DNA of 64,000 bases from Kondoa subrosea (Eukaryota). The notes under the pieces are model-generated. The model had not been told where the DNA came from and made no database searches. It saw only the letters and a program-made list of their open reading frames with translations. This document shows, in pieces, positions 26,453-38,794 of the stretch. The number at the start of each line of letters is the position of its first letter. Position 1 is the stretch's first letter. The stretch lies in contig BCIN01000007.1 in NCBI GenBank assembly GCA_039545335.1, positions 1,046,530 through 1,110,529 of the forward strand, read 5' to 3'. The position numbers and the translations under genes are program-made.

Positions 26453-28337
26453 ATGCCTATACTTATGGCTTCTGAGCAAAGAAATACGTCCTCCAGCAGC
26501 GCTGTCGCTTCACTTTTGAGAACAAATGCAGCTTTAGAACGCAAGCTTAAACTCAGCCATGAAGCAATAGATCTCTACATGCAGAAGCACTCTCGTCTGG
26601 AGCGTCGTAATAAGGAGCTAAGGACTGATCGTAAGCGCGAGATTGTGCTTGCGTCAAGTCAATCTGATAAAATAGCTGCAGTGCGAAATAAGATGGCAGA
26701 AATCCAAGAGCTCTACGACGCATTTCGTGATGCTGAAGCAAATGGCGATTTTTGTCATGATGAATGCCTGCACAGAAGAGATTCCACTGATCCGCAGAGG
26801 GATCTTTATCAAGTTTCTATAGAGCTAGGTAAGTCATAGGCATTGTACTTGCGCAAGTCTGACACTTGCGCAGCTCATAGCCTGGAAAGTATTCGGATAC
26901 AGAAGCATGATGCAGAAGTTGTCTCTCGGGAGAAGGTATTGCTTTGCCATTACACATATGCACGAGACTAAGCACTGCACCAGTTTCGACTGCTTCATGA
27001 AGAGCTTCTAATCACAAAGGGGCAGCTACACCAAGCTAATCGCCAGTTGGACGCTGTCCGAGATCAGCATACAGCGAGCAGGGCAGCAGAAACAGCTCCG
27101 GAAGCTGCTCAAGCTTCAGTCGTGCAATCAGCTCAGCCTCCAGCCTCAAGACCTCTAAAACAAGTACAGCAGATGCAGCCTGAAGTGCCAGTATCGCATA
27201 CAATGGCAGCCCCCGCTGGTCCTCACGACGCGAGGCCAGTCATGGGAGAAATTGGGCCTCGTTCTGGTTCTGAACCGTACGATGGAAGGAGTGATATGCA
27301 AAGGCTGAGACAGGAGGTGAGACGTCTTGCTCCAAACCTATAGAGTGATGTATTAACGCCTAACCTGGTTTCAGATCCAGGCCTTACTCAATAGATTTGG
27401 GAATGCACCGCGTCACTATTCTGATGGAATGGCCTCCGCTGTTCCTCACAACGCGAGGCCAGAAACAGATCCGGAAGCTGCTCAAGCTTCAGTCGTACAA
27501 TCCCCTCAGCATATCCAAGATCCACCCTCACGAACTCTAGCACCAGTACAGCAGATGCAGCCTGAAGTGCCAGTCTCGCATACAGTGGCAGCGACTACAG
27601 CTCCCAATGCTCCTCGAGCTGAGACCGAGTCAGTGATGGAAGAAATTAGGCCTCGTGGACCGTACGATGGAAGGAGGGGTATGCAAAGGCTGAGACAGCA
27701 GGTGAGATGTCTTGCTACAAACCTAAAAGAGTGATGTAATATCGGCTAACCTGGATTCAGCTCGAGGCCTTATGCTACTCACCTCGGCATGCATCGCCAA
27801 ATATCTCTGATGAAAGGCGGCTTCATGAAATGCCAGCTGCGTACGTAGATGCTTAGAAGCATATCGTGATGGAAGCTAAATTTCTCAGCAGTACTGAACA
27901 ATCTTCTGCTCAAAATTCGGGTGCTACACGGCATCCTTTGACTGTTGTGAGTACATCTCTGACTTGACGGGTCGACATTGACCCTTTTTCTATTAGAACA
28001 CCACCATCGACATCCCAGAGATCGAAGGCACGATTCAAGACACTAGTCAGACCATAGCAGATGTGGCATTGCAAGTCGAAGCCACTCTTCTAGCTCAACA
28101 AGAACAGGTAAGACAAAGGCTTGCTCATATAACAGTTGACTAATCTCTTCTCAGTTGACAAGGACGTTGTCGACAATAGCGGAACTGAAATTCACTCTAT
28201 CACACGAACGCTCTATGTCTATGCAACAACAGCAGCAACCAACAGAATATCAAGGTATTGAAATCTTGATATCAGAATATCAAGATATCGATGATCAAGA
28301 TATCGAAACCCATCATCCTGCTTTTCCTTCATCCTGA
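26453..28337 (+). CDS. Hypothetical coiled-coil protein with internal tandem duplication (multi-exon; start uncertain)
   Basis: Chain of open exons with GT..CTRAY..AG introns; heptad-like N-terminus (LLRTNAALERKLKLSHEAIDLYMQKHSRLERRNKEL); no family recognised. Confidence 0.55.
27087..27815 (+). repeat. Imperfect tandem duplication, about 370 bp unit, including an intron
   Basis: cagaaacag(c/a)tccggaagctgctcaagcttcagtcgt at 27087 and 27460; cagcagatgcagcctgaagtgccagt, ccgtacgatggaaggag and atgcaaaggctgagacag occur in both copies. Confidence 0.92.
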
Positions 28338-28373
28338 TCAGATATGCAGCCAGCCGTAAATGGGTCTTCGGTA

Positions 28374-31300
28374 CTAAGAGAAAGCACCCCTTTCTTCCAA
28401 GGCTCGGGCGAGTCGCTTGTATTCAGAAAGCAGCAAGCCAATATCGCCCATCCGAAGTTCATCTTGCTCGCAAGACAAGAATCGCCGTACTGGTGGGTCC
28501 AGAACATCGACAGTCAAATTATCCGTAGAGCTTGGGGACTGAATACGAGAGAGCGATACTGCGGGAAGTGATGTGTTCGAGGAGTCGTTGATGAAACTTG
28601 TCGGCCGGCTAGACGAAGGAGAAAAGCTAGACAATGCCTGACCAAGCATCTATAATAGTCCGGTGAGTTCTTGCTGCCCGTCCACTATTCAACATGCTCA
28701 CTTTGGGTGGAGTTTTCGACCCAGATCCTGGATTACCACTTCCAGCTTTCTCTGCTCCAAATCGAGCCAAAGAAGCTAGGCGATCGCCTATCGACAGCTT
28801 CTCTGCGGCCGGAGAACCGCTTATGATATTGCTTAACGAATTGACACTTCGAACGCTAAAAGAGTCATCGACTGCTTCAGGTACGTCTGTAGCTCCGACT
28901 TCGACCAGTTCCTTATCGTTGACTGCTGACTTCAGTCCAGTGGCATCGCTCTTGCTTCGATTGCGGCCAACATCACTTGCTCGTGCAGTATTGAGGAATG
29001 GAGCTTCGCTTGCACGACGAAGTAAACCAGCTGCAAGACCTTCACGACCTTTTGCGCCACTTGACAGCACCTCGCGCACATCTTCTAGCGTTCTCGGTCT
29101 AGCGGCAATAGCTGATTTGGATAAGAAAGAGCCTAGCATCTTGTATCCTCCATCGACTACTCCTGATACGCTGTGGATAGTCGAGTTGACATGGCCCACA
29201 AGCTCTTCTGCCATCTTCGCGCGTGGACGGACAGGCATTGTGGGGGGTAGAGGGGAGTGTTCGTTTGCACTGCATACAAATGAATAGACAGGATCAGCTT
29301 GGCACTAATGACAGCCTGCCATCGAGACGTACGCTAGTATTCTATCACTTGAGAGACCCAACGCAGCCAAATCGACAGTAAGAAGAAATTCGAGCACAGC
29401 TTGAGCGTTGACGAGGCAGTACTGTCCTTCACCCTTAAAGAGACTTTCGGCCCGGAAACGCTGGATGAAGGCGAGTTGCGAAGCCAGCTGTTGTGGGTTT
29501 GCTTGTACAACGGAGTAGATGAGAATGGGTAAGATGAGGTCTGCGCTGCTGCTTGTTGGCCCAGACGATACTTCGGGTGATGTGGTGAGACTGGATGTCG
29601 AGGCTGGTCTGTCAAAGTAGCCTTGACCATCACTAGGATTCGGGGTTTTATTGTCCTCTTCGTCCATCGCAATGGCTGACTCGGGCAAAACGATCTCCGG
29701 CATTTCTTTGTGCGAAGAGTCGGACATAATACTTGCTGGACGAGAATCAGGCCGAGGCGTCGTCGTGAGATCGAGTGAAAGCGTTCGAGATCGACCGCCC
29801 AAGGATTTGCTATCGTCCGACATTTCGTGAACGCTACCCGAAGGTCCTACTGCCGGGCGTTCTGGTGCTTTGTCAGCTTTCATCGGTATCGGTGGAAGCT
29901 GTCCAAGGCGGTCTGCCGGACGACTGATCAGTATTCACATATTCTGATACATAAAGGAAGTCCGCTTACCAACGATGATCTTATGCATTTGTACAATAAC
30001 TTCAAGCTTAGCTTTAGGCGATCTTCGTTCTGGTTCTTCAAGCTTGCGCAGTTCGGTGCCGCAAGCTTTCGCGATCGCTTCTACTCCAGGTCTGATTAGC
30101 CTCAGATCTGCTTCCCTTTTCTTGCTGCGTTTCGGCGGACTTGACAGCTCGTCTGCGTGGTCTGAATCTATGTCAAGCCCTAGATTTTCAAGAGACAGCT
30201 GCAACAGGTTCAGACCAGCTATTCGAGCAGAAAGCGATTCGTCATCATCCTCGTCTGGCGAACTGCGAGAGCAAAAGAGTCTACACAGGAGCTCTCTTCA
30301 GCTAGCAATCATCTTATGCAAAAGATGGCGCACCGATCGTAAAGCAGATCAGTCAAAACCTCTTCAACGGCTTCCAAGACTTTCTCCACCTCAAGTTCAA
30401 AGCGATCAAACATCTCTTGATCCGTTTCTCCCTCATTCTGAATAGGAATCATGCACTCCCTTACTTCTTCATAGAATTCTTGCACCTCGTGTCCAACGTC
30501 GATCATCGAACTTTCAAACAATGCAATTCTACTTCCTGCATTGCCGCTGCTGCTGCTGCTACTTCGTCGAGATTTCTTTTTCTCCGGCTGGAAGCGAGCA
30601 AGAAGATTGGTACATTTCTCGATTACTTCATCTTCGCCTTTGATGCCCATTAAGAGCGGTCGTAGGCGAAGGCGTAGAGTGGATTCATTGGCTTTCCCAA
30701 TTACATGAACTACTTCAGCATATCGAATTGCTCTGTCGATGAAATAGACCGTGCAAGTCAAGGTGGGAGTAGTTGTCGTGGTTGTGAGAGGTGTAGGAAG
30801 CTCGACATCGTTTGTCGACGATGATGCAGAAGATGAACGTTCTCGGCCTGTACCGGCAAAGAGAGAAGCTAATCGAGAAGTAGTGGAATTGGTTGATATG
30901 TTAGGTCTAAGGGGTGGTTCTTGCCGAGGTATAGGTAGGTCCCTTCTTGAGCCTTGTACAGCGAAAGAAGGACAATTGGCTAGATGTGGAAGAGAGGCGT
31001 GACAAGGCGTTAATGTGGGCGAAGGGGAAGCGGGAAGAACAGATTGGAAGTAGACTGTATCGTCTTCTATATGACCTCTTAATCCAGACAGAGTTGTAAT
31101 CTCGTCTGATTGTGATGAACATATGACCAAGTGATCAGCAAGGAAAGCTGCAGTAGACGCTTCTTCTCTTGAAGCTGTAGGATCTTTCGGTAACAGTAAA
31201 ACCAACGAGGACGACATGTTCGATCCATTTTCCATCACACGAATCAAACGATCCCATTCTTCTTTCTCTTTCTCTTTACCTTTGAGTGAAGGAGGGGCCT

Positions 31301-31709
31301 CATTGATGATAGCGAGGAGCAAAGCGTAGCCATGCGAGTCTGGTCGCAAACCTTCGGCCTGAACTTCAGCTTGCAGATTCTGTATTGCTAATTTGGATGT
31401 AGCTGGCGATAATGAAATGGAAGATGAAGACGTGCTGGATCCAACACTAGACGAGAGAGCAGAGCTTCGAGTCGGACTGCTAGATGACGCAGACACTGTA
31501 CTTGATCTAGTCGAAGCCGTTCGAGAGGAGAGCCTCGGCGTGTAAGACACAGCATAACCCATACCTGACGATGGTGAGGTTGCCAGACTTGTGGAGGCAT
31601 TGGAAGGCGGTGATAGCAATGGATGCGCAGACTCTTGACCTGAGCTGGCCTGGATGTCCAGCTTCTTGCCTGCTGCTCTGCCTAGCGAACCACTCAGAGA
31701 GTTGAACAT
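28374..31709 (-). CDS. VPS9-domain Rab5/Vps21 guanine nucleotide exchange factor
   Basis: SPKAKLEVIVQMHKIIV..SSADLILPILIYSVVQANPQQLASQLAFIQRFRAESLFKGEGQYCLVNAQAVLEFL; C-terminal RFLSCEQDELRMGDIGLLLSEYKRLA. Start at 31709 or 31778. Confidence 0.9.
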
Positions 31710-31905
31710 TGTCCCTCTTGAAGAGATTTCAGCACGTTGTGAAGCTGGACGTTTGCTTCCAAGCCGGTCGAAGTGCATAAGCTTTGCTCACTGAAGGTCT
31801 ATGTGATATGCAAATGCTTTAAGGCGTGTTAGAAGGTCCCAACAAGTACCGCTCCACCTTTTCACTGCACTCGATTGTTTATATTATGATCGAGCGCGTC
31901 ACTGA

Positions 31906-33257
31906 TTACGTCCAGGTGCCCTGCGAGCAGACTTACGATCAGTGACGAGGACGCAATTTTAGGGATATAAGTACCTCCCAATGATGCCAAACTAGCGCTT
32001 TAGACTCCGCGTCTTCCCCGTAAGCACTGCCTGAATGTCTCTGTCCAGCTCCGAACTACTCGAACATTAGTGATAATATGGACACTAGACCAGATTGACT
32101 TACAGCGTCTATAGGTAAGATCAGTTGAGACCCTACAACCAGAGGTTCTTTCATCCGATGAAAGCTAGACCAGCGATCCAAATCTTCCTTGTAACCTAAT
32201 TCTTCATTCATGACATCCAATGAAGCTCTGCTCAAAGCTGGTGGTCCTGCAAAAGCGGGTCCTTTTTTTGTACCATCGTGTTCAGTGGTTAGGTATCAGC
32301 GCAAAGAGTTCTCTCACCTCTGGGATCAACCTCTACGAAGCGATTATGTTCCGTCTTCCTCATTTCGATATGAAGGTTTTTGATAATTCGTCGAATGGTC
32401 TCTTCCACCAATTTGGATCTCGGTTTGCTCATCATCGCATGGGATGCGAAGGTCGTAGACATCGCTATAGAAGAGCCAGAAGTCAGAACAGGCAGAAATC
32501 TAGACATGGTTCTTGAACTTACTCCACATCCAGGACCTAGCAATCTCCGGATCTATTTCATCGATCTCTATTCCTACTATCGATTCGATGTTTGGGTCCG
32601 AAAACTGCTCCGGCGTTGCCCAGTCACGAACCGGCACCACACAGTGAGTGTCGCCATCAGCATCTGAAACGCATACGTCAATCTTGCTATAGACGCGAAG
32701 GCTACCAACTGGACTGACAGACTCCACTACGAGATGATCAGGGAAGAACGACAAAATGAATACATGAGTTTCACTGACCCATATGCATACAATGCCAAAT
32801 ATCTATCCAGATCCGATCGATAGATGAAGACCGGAGATTCTTTGAGAAAGTGTACAATGTCAGGCATATGAGAATAAAAAGTCTTGAGCAACGCTTGTTC
32901 GAATTCATCTGTTATGATTCGGGTCTCGTATTCGGGATTCAAGTCTGACCAGGTCTTGTAGAGGGACTGATCTAGTTCCCAACCACTCAATGCAGTAGTC
33001 CAGATCAAGTTGGTCCAGTTTGTTGGCGATTCATCCCTTTCTGCCCGTAGTTTGACAAGATTGAACCCGGCCGTGATTCGCTCATCAACACCAGCTTCAT
33101 CGAGATACAAATCATATTGTCCGTATCGAAGAGCGACCAGACCAGAATAAGGTATTGATCGATGCAGTGAGAAGACAGCCAAAGTCAGAATCACGGAATA
33201 TAGACTAATCCTGATGTTGCTACGGAGCGCTTGACGCAAGGAGAAGCAAGATGTCAT
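31906..33257 (-). CDS. GT32 family alpha-1,6-mannosyltransferase (Och1-like)
   Basis: N-terminal TM, IWTT..TWSDLNPEY, YRSDLDRYLALYAYG, DxD motif near DADGDT, IVGIEID, C-terminal FGAGQRHSGS..LVWHHWEGTWT*. Confidence 0.85.
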
Positions 33258-33605
33258 GTACGAATCTATCGATGGCCGATACGAATGTGATGGTAAGAAC
33301 ATGTATAAACTACGTCGAGCGAAGACAGGTTCTCTTGAGCACAAAGGGAAACTAAAAACAGCAATTGATGAATACAGATAGATGATTTGGAGGCCGAAAG
33401 ACAGGCAACGGATGCCGTTTCCAAGAAGTGAGAAGCATGCATATGGGCGAAACGAAACAAAGCATCGCCAAATAGGCGCCAAATAATCAGCGATAGCAGA
33501 GCAGTGCACTATCGAGGTATATCTGTGCAGCTCGGGTGATGTCCAGACAGCTTGTTACCGTTCAAGACAAGATCAATCTCCTTAACAATTCGCAGCGACC
33601 TTCGA

Positions 33606-34669
33606 ATGTTTCACTTCAGCGCTCCAGCAGCGGACAGGGTCTCTTCCAGCTATGTACCGAGCAGGCCGCATCGAGGGTTATCCGAAATGGATCTGGACGA
33701 CGAAGATTTTCAAGCAACTGTCAAATATACTGTTCCAGGTGAAGAGATAGCAGATGCTAAGCAATGGATGCGGTTAGGCGTCTGTTCGTTGCATCGAAGT
33801 CTATAGGCTCATACTATACGAAATAGAGGACATTGGACATACTTGGATACAGCAAATAACGCAGTCTTGGCTGGAGTAGCTGGTAAAGTTGAAAGAGTTA
33901 ACAAGCTAGTCTCTGTCCGGCCAGTCAGAGGAAGATACAAGCCTGAAGTGGGTGACCTGGTCGTTGGCAGAATTGTGGAAGTGCAAGCGAGGAGATGGAA
34001 AGTCGATGTCGGCGCAAGACTGGATGCTGTCCTTATGCTTTCCTCTATCAACCTACCTGGAGGTGTTCAAGTTCGTCTTTCCTCTTACATTGTTGTCTGC
34101 AACTGTCTCATGTGGAATACTAGAGAAGAAAACTTGAATCCGATGAACTGCAAATGCGAACTTTCTTCACCGAAGGCGATCTAGTAGTATGCGAAGTTCA
34201 AGCATTCTTTCAAGATGGTTCCATATCTCTACATACTCGATCTCTGCGGTATGGTAAATTAAGAAACGGTCTACTCGTTCGATCGCCTTCTGCACTCATT
34301 TCTCGACTCAAATCACATTTCATCATCTTACCTTGCGGAGTTCAACTTATTGTCGGTCTCAACGGTTTCATTTGGGTCTCCATTGCTACTTCACCAGTTA
34401 AGGAAGAAGATGGGGATGAATCTGCTTTTTCGCTCTATTCGAACAAGAATGATGATTTGCCTTTGGAGAAACAAGAAGCCATTTCTCGAGTTGCCAAATG
34501 CATTGAGATCTTGGCCGAGTCGGGAGTAAGAATTACTGAAGCTAGAGTTGCTACTTTATGGGAGGCAAGTTTGGAAGGCGAAAGTATTTGGACTGTCAAG
34601 GATTTGTGCAAGGGTGGATTTGGAAGAGTCGAGCTAGTGCAGAAGCTGCCTGTGTTGTGTGAAGCTTGA
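33606..34669 (+). CDS. RRP4: Exosome complex S1/KH subunit Rrp4
   Basis: [97 protein letters not shown]. Confidence 0.96.
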
Positions 34670-35143
34670 GCAGACCGGGTAGATTGGCTGCAGGTTCGGT
34701 CCAGGCTCGGTACTTGTCCAAGTTCTTGGAAGGGGAAATTTGATTAGGCCTAAAGGTGGGCCAGCTTAACGGTTCGGAACGGCTATATGTCTTAATGCTG
34801 GTGAGCAGTGTTTCTTCTTATCACAACGAGTCTTCTCATCACCAAACAGGCGAATGACTTGTCTAAGATCTTCAAGAGCAAAACGGCTGACATCAACATT
34901 GCAATATCATATATTCCTATACCCCTGCTGTCTGTCTGCGTAAATGGCGGAACCTGACGAGTGTCATGTTTTCAATTTCTGTTCATTCTATTTCAATCTC
35001 AATGCTTTCAACTTGATACATATAATCCTCTTCCTACACCTTTTCTCCGTATCTATATTAAAGTACCCTCGAACTTTGAAGGGAAAGGGAGATACTACAA
35101 TAAATAGAATATATTCACAAGAAGCCGGAAATTTAGGTGTGTG

Positions 35144-36110
35144 TTACAAAAGCGATGCGGGCAGGATGTCATCTGAGACTAAATGCCTTGTAAGATCGGT
35201 AGGTGGTACTGTGATCAGATATCAGACCCAAATACTAATATGAGAAGTAATAGAACACACGCTGAGTGAATTGGCCAAATTCGAGCACTTCGAATTCGTC
35301 CGACACAACTTCCGCCAAGGTAGAAGAGCCCGGTTGGCTATTAGGTCTGCTCGATCAGCCTTGGTCTGGGAATGTTGAGCAAATGCACTGACGCTGCTGC
35401 CAAAACGAACTTCAGGCGATATCTTCCTGCAACTCTTACGCTCAAATCCCCAAACACGAAATAAGCGACTGCTTCTCCGCTTGATCCTTCAACGGTCTGC
35501 TTAACGTCAGACACTAGTCTGCCGACTAAAGCTTGTCTTTGCTGCTGCTGTTGAGGCAAGAAATCCATGTCTTGGTTTCCGTTGGCTCCTATCAGTGATG
35601 CGCTGCATATAAGAATGTTGGAATCCGTTCTGTTTTCGCGTACACATGGCAGAGTCAGCAAAACTTTTCTTCACTATTTGACCTTCATGGAGAAAGAGGA
35701 CATACATTTCTTCTAATTCTAGCTCTCTACCATCTTCTATGACAACGAGTTGCAAGACAGGAGGTGGTTGTATCGGAAGTCTACCAAGCAAGCGCAATTC
35801 TAGGCCTGCTGCCAGTCCTCTTTGCGGTTGTTGAACTATTCTGAGATCCATTCGTCTGTTTCGATGTCTCATCAGCACCGTCTCCTGTTGCTTAACAAGA
35901 GAAGAAGTCTTGCCTTTCTGGAGTAAGCGATAAAGATAATCTCTGTCTTCCGCCGCGGGATGAGGTTCGCGAAATGGAAGTAGTAGGCGAAGAAGAAGAG
36001 CCAGAGGATGAAGGTGGGTAAGCTGGTTGTTGGTGATGAGTAGTAAAAGCTGAGTCTTGCCCGACAGGATGGTTTGAGACCGGTTGTTGACCACGAGGAA
36101 AAGAGGCCAT
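35144..36110 (-). CDS. Velvet-domain regulatory protein
   Basis: DLRIVQQPQRGLAAG..LPIQPPPVLQL..LVGRLVS..AYFVFGDLSVRVAGRYRLKFVL..LAEVVSDEFEV..PTDLTRHL: the velvet fold signature. Exon 1 is joined via a GC-AG intron (35856-35913). Confidence 0.88.
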
Positions 36111-36645
36111 GATGTTCTTCTGGTAAAGTGGGATTCTTATCCTAATCTATCCACGCCTGGACACGAGGAGTCAGAGGCTAGAACTCTTGGGATGGCATGG
36201 CAAGAAGGGAACGCACCTTCTGTCTATTCAGTTGTCGGTAAGATTGGATTGAGATTAGTGATGCGCGAGAAGATTGACAAAAGATGAGTGAGTTGATACT
36301 GCTTTGTTATAAGCCGGGACGATAGCTGATGGGATCTGCCCGAACAGGTATCGATCAGTATTCCGAGCACCTTTGCGGGGGTGGAAACAACTCACTATTG
36401 AAATGCCAATACACAATCAGCCTCATTGCAGAACGCTGCAAAGATCCAATGAATGCAAGGTCAAATAAGCGGTCGAGAGTAGTTGTTTCAGCAGAAGGAG
36501 CGAGTGGACAGAAAGCGGACTCGGTGATGTAAGGGTATCTTCGTTTTGTCTGTTTTTACTTTTTTGCAGATCCTTTCTTGGTAATGGCGACGTAATCCAG
36601 CAGTGAAGTAAGCGGTAATTTTGAGTTTTCGCAAAAAGACGAATG

Positions 36646-36874
36646 CCGTTTTTGGGCGGCTAGACTAAGCAAAGTTTTGAAGGACCTGACCCTGATAATC
36701 CGGTCCTGATTCCACGTCAAGAAAGCAAAGAGTACTGGACCAAGGGAAGAAGACCGAACGAAGGGCCATTCGCCGAAAGGCGCAGCCAGCAAATCAAAGT
36801 GACGTTCAGAACCTGATAACAGAGCCGGAATCAGGGCGCGAAACTTTAAAACTTTCCCTAGTGCCCAAAAGCGG
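36646..36874 (+). other. Nested imperfect inverted repeat / candidate structured RNA
   Basis: Five nested complementary arms plus an internal CGCC-GAAA-GGCG hairpin; details under findings. Confidence 0.6.
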
Positions 36875-37733
36875 AAGATCAGCAATCGGCAACGCCAACA
36901 GCGTTTCCGGCTCTACGTCAGCTCTATGCACATTGTGATTTCTATCCTACGTGATGCTCAATGTTCTAATTCCCAACATCGTCAGCGAAATTTGCCAACG
37001 TCCCTTTAAATGAGTCTCTTGGCGGAAAGCACAATAAGGCCACGTGTGTTGAAGAAGAGAGACAAGTGATTATTACTACAGTCATGTAATTGCAAATCGG
37101 CAGAAATCCACGAAATCCATTGTTTCCGTTGCCGGCTGTGTCAATGTCTTCATGGCACCAACCAGTGTCTATCCTTCTCGTTGATCTTCCTCTTTGATCG
37201 CAAGCACGCGCATGCAATATCATAGCGAACCCATCAAGCAAGAAGGCAAGAAGAAGTAGCTAGCCCTTTGTATGCCGTAGTAGACTATCGCATGCAATAA
37301 TCGAACAGCAGCTGTCCGGCTATGACTACCTCAGGAGACAAGGGTGTGCTCAGGCTGTCAGACATAGCAAACAGCAGGATAATGAGCGCATGAGTCTCTT
37401 CGTCGCCTAGTCTGCAGCTGGTATACAGGACAAGGATAGATCACAATAGCGACAGACGGAAAAGCGTGCCAGCGCAAGGAAAGAGAAACAGACCCAAATC
37501 TGAGCCGGAAAGGAAAGGGATGCTGTAAGGAGTAGATTATAGATCAAAGCAGGTTGACCAAGTAGACACAGAAAGAGCTAGACCGATACCACGAGTGAAA
37601 GAGGTAATTCAAGTATCTGATGTTGTTGGTCAGAGAAGTGATGTGAAAATGCAACCAAAATCTTGAGCGCTAGAGTATTTACAGGAGTTCTTCTTCTTCT
37701 TGTCTCGATCTTCTCTTCTAAAGCTCCCGCACT

Positions 37734-38763
37734 TTACGTGATGTACGGTTTGACTGATGTCCAAGCACTGTATAAAGCAACAAGGCTCATCAGCCCCAAA
37801 ACCGATTGAGTATTGAACCGCTTCTTACGCTGCACCGGCAGTCATCAAACCACTAGCGATCAACATCGGCCTTACACCAGCTGCATCAACGGATATAAGT
37901 ATATAACATCTTCACTCGAAGTAAAGTCTACCTGTACTCCTCCAAATAGCACCTGTCCCAGCCCCAGCAGCCATGCTCCCCCAAATATCGTGCCTTCCTC
38001 TATATTTGTCTATACTCGAGTTGATTCCATTGTACAGTAAAGCTGTTCATGAAACAACACGTCAAAAACCATCACACAGTTTTTAAATGACATGATTCCA
38101 ACGAACCTAATACACCCGCATTGTTACCGACGAAAGATCCTCTACTCGTCATAGCGTTCAAAACGGTATTCAACCTCAACCTGAACGGTGCCGATTGTCT
38201 TATTGGTGCTTTAACTCCTCCTGGCTGACTACTTCCTGCCGCCGCCGCTGTAGCTTCTGAAGCAGCTGAAGCTTGATTTATAGGTAATCCATCCACTCCA
38301 AGTTTACCAGCAGCAGCTTGAGCAGAAGCGATTGGCGAAGGCATTGATTTAGAGTAGATTGGTCTGAAAAAACCTTCCCTTAAACCCCATAAACCACCTA
38401 GCGCCAGACCGGAAAGATAAGTAGAACCAGTTCCATAACATAGTTCATCACCAAAACCTGTGTCTCGCAACATCAGGCGCCATATTCTACATGTATATAG
38501 AGTTGTCTGATGTTGAGCACACCTCGGGATGGTAAAACTCCCTTTGTTCCTTCTAAAGTATTCAACTGTCCATCTTCTAATGTCAAGTAGTCGAGTTGGC
38601 CTGATTGAGCTTGAGCCAAAGGGTGAAAACGAGAGAAATCATTTGAATTTGAGAAAATGGCTTCAGTGCTTAGTGAGTCCCCCAAGACAGATGATGTAGA
38701 AGGTTTAGAAAATTGTGTGCCTCTCAGTATGGAAGAAGCAGTCTCTGGTTGCTGATCTGTCAT
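37734..38763 (-). CDS. TIM23: Mitochondrial inner membrane translocase Tim23
   Basis: HPLA..LDYLTLED..VLPSRGFGDELCYGTGSTYLSGLALGGLWGLREG..RLRLNTVLNAMTSRGSFVGNNAGVL..LYNGINSSI..RGRHDIWGSMAAGAGTGAIW. Confidence 0.95.
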
Positions 38764-38794
38764 TGTTCGGCTCCAACACAACATTTTATTCGCA

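Noticed and set aside
18356..31002. Long antisense ORFs over MSB2 and the VPS9 gene (e.g. 19448-19828, 28694-29287, 29975-30445)
   Set aside because: Shadow frames of S/T-rich coding sequence on the opposite strand.
34670..34960. tRNA/Pol III element (GGTTCGG twice) or small spliced ORF after RRP4
   Set aside because: No cloverleaf or A-box pairing found, and the putative peptide has no support.
36764..36790. SRP RNA helix 8 (GGCCATTCGCCGAAAGGCGCAGCC)
   Set aside because: The GNRA loop and GCAGCC resemble it, but the conserved AGG/AGCA internal loop and a 5' GCUGUAAUGGC-like Alu motif are not evident, so identity is left open.
36110..37734. Telomerase RNA, U1 or U3 snRNA in the long intergenic gap
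   Set aside because: No CTAACCC template, ACTTACCTG 5' end or U3 boxes seen on either strand.
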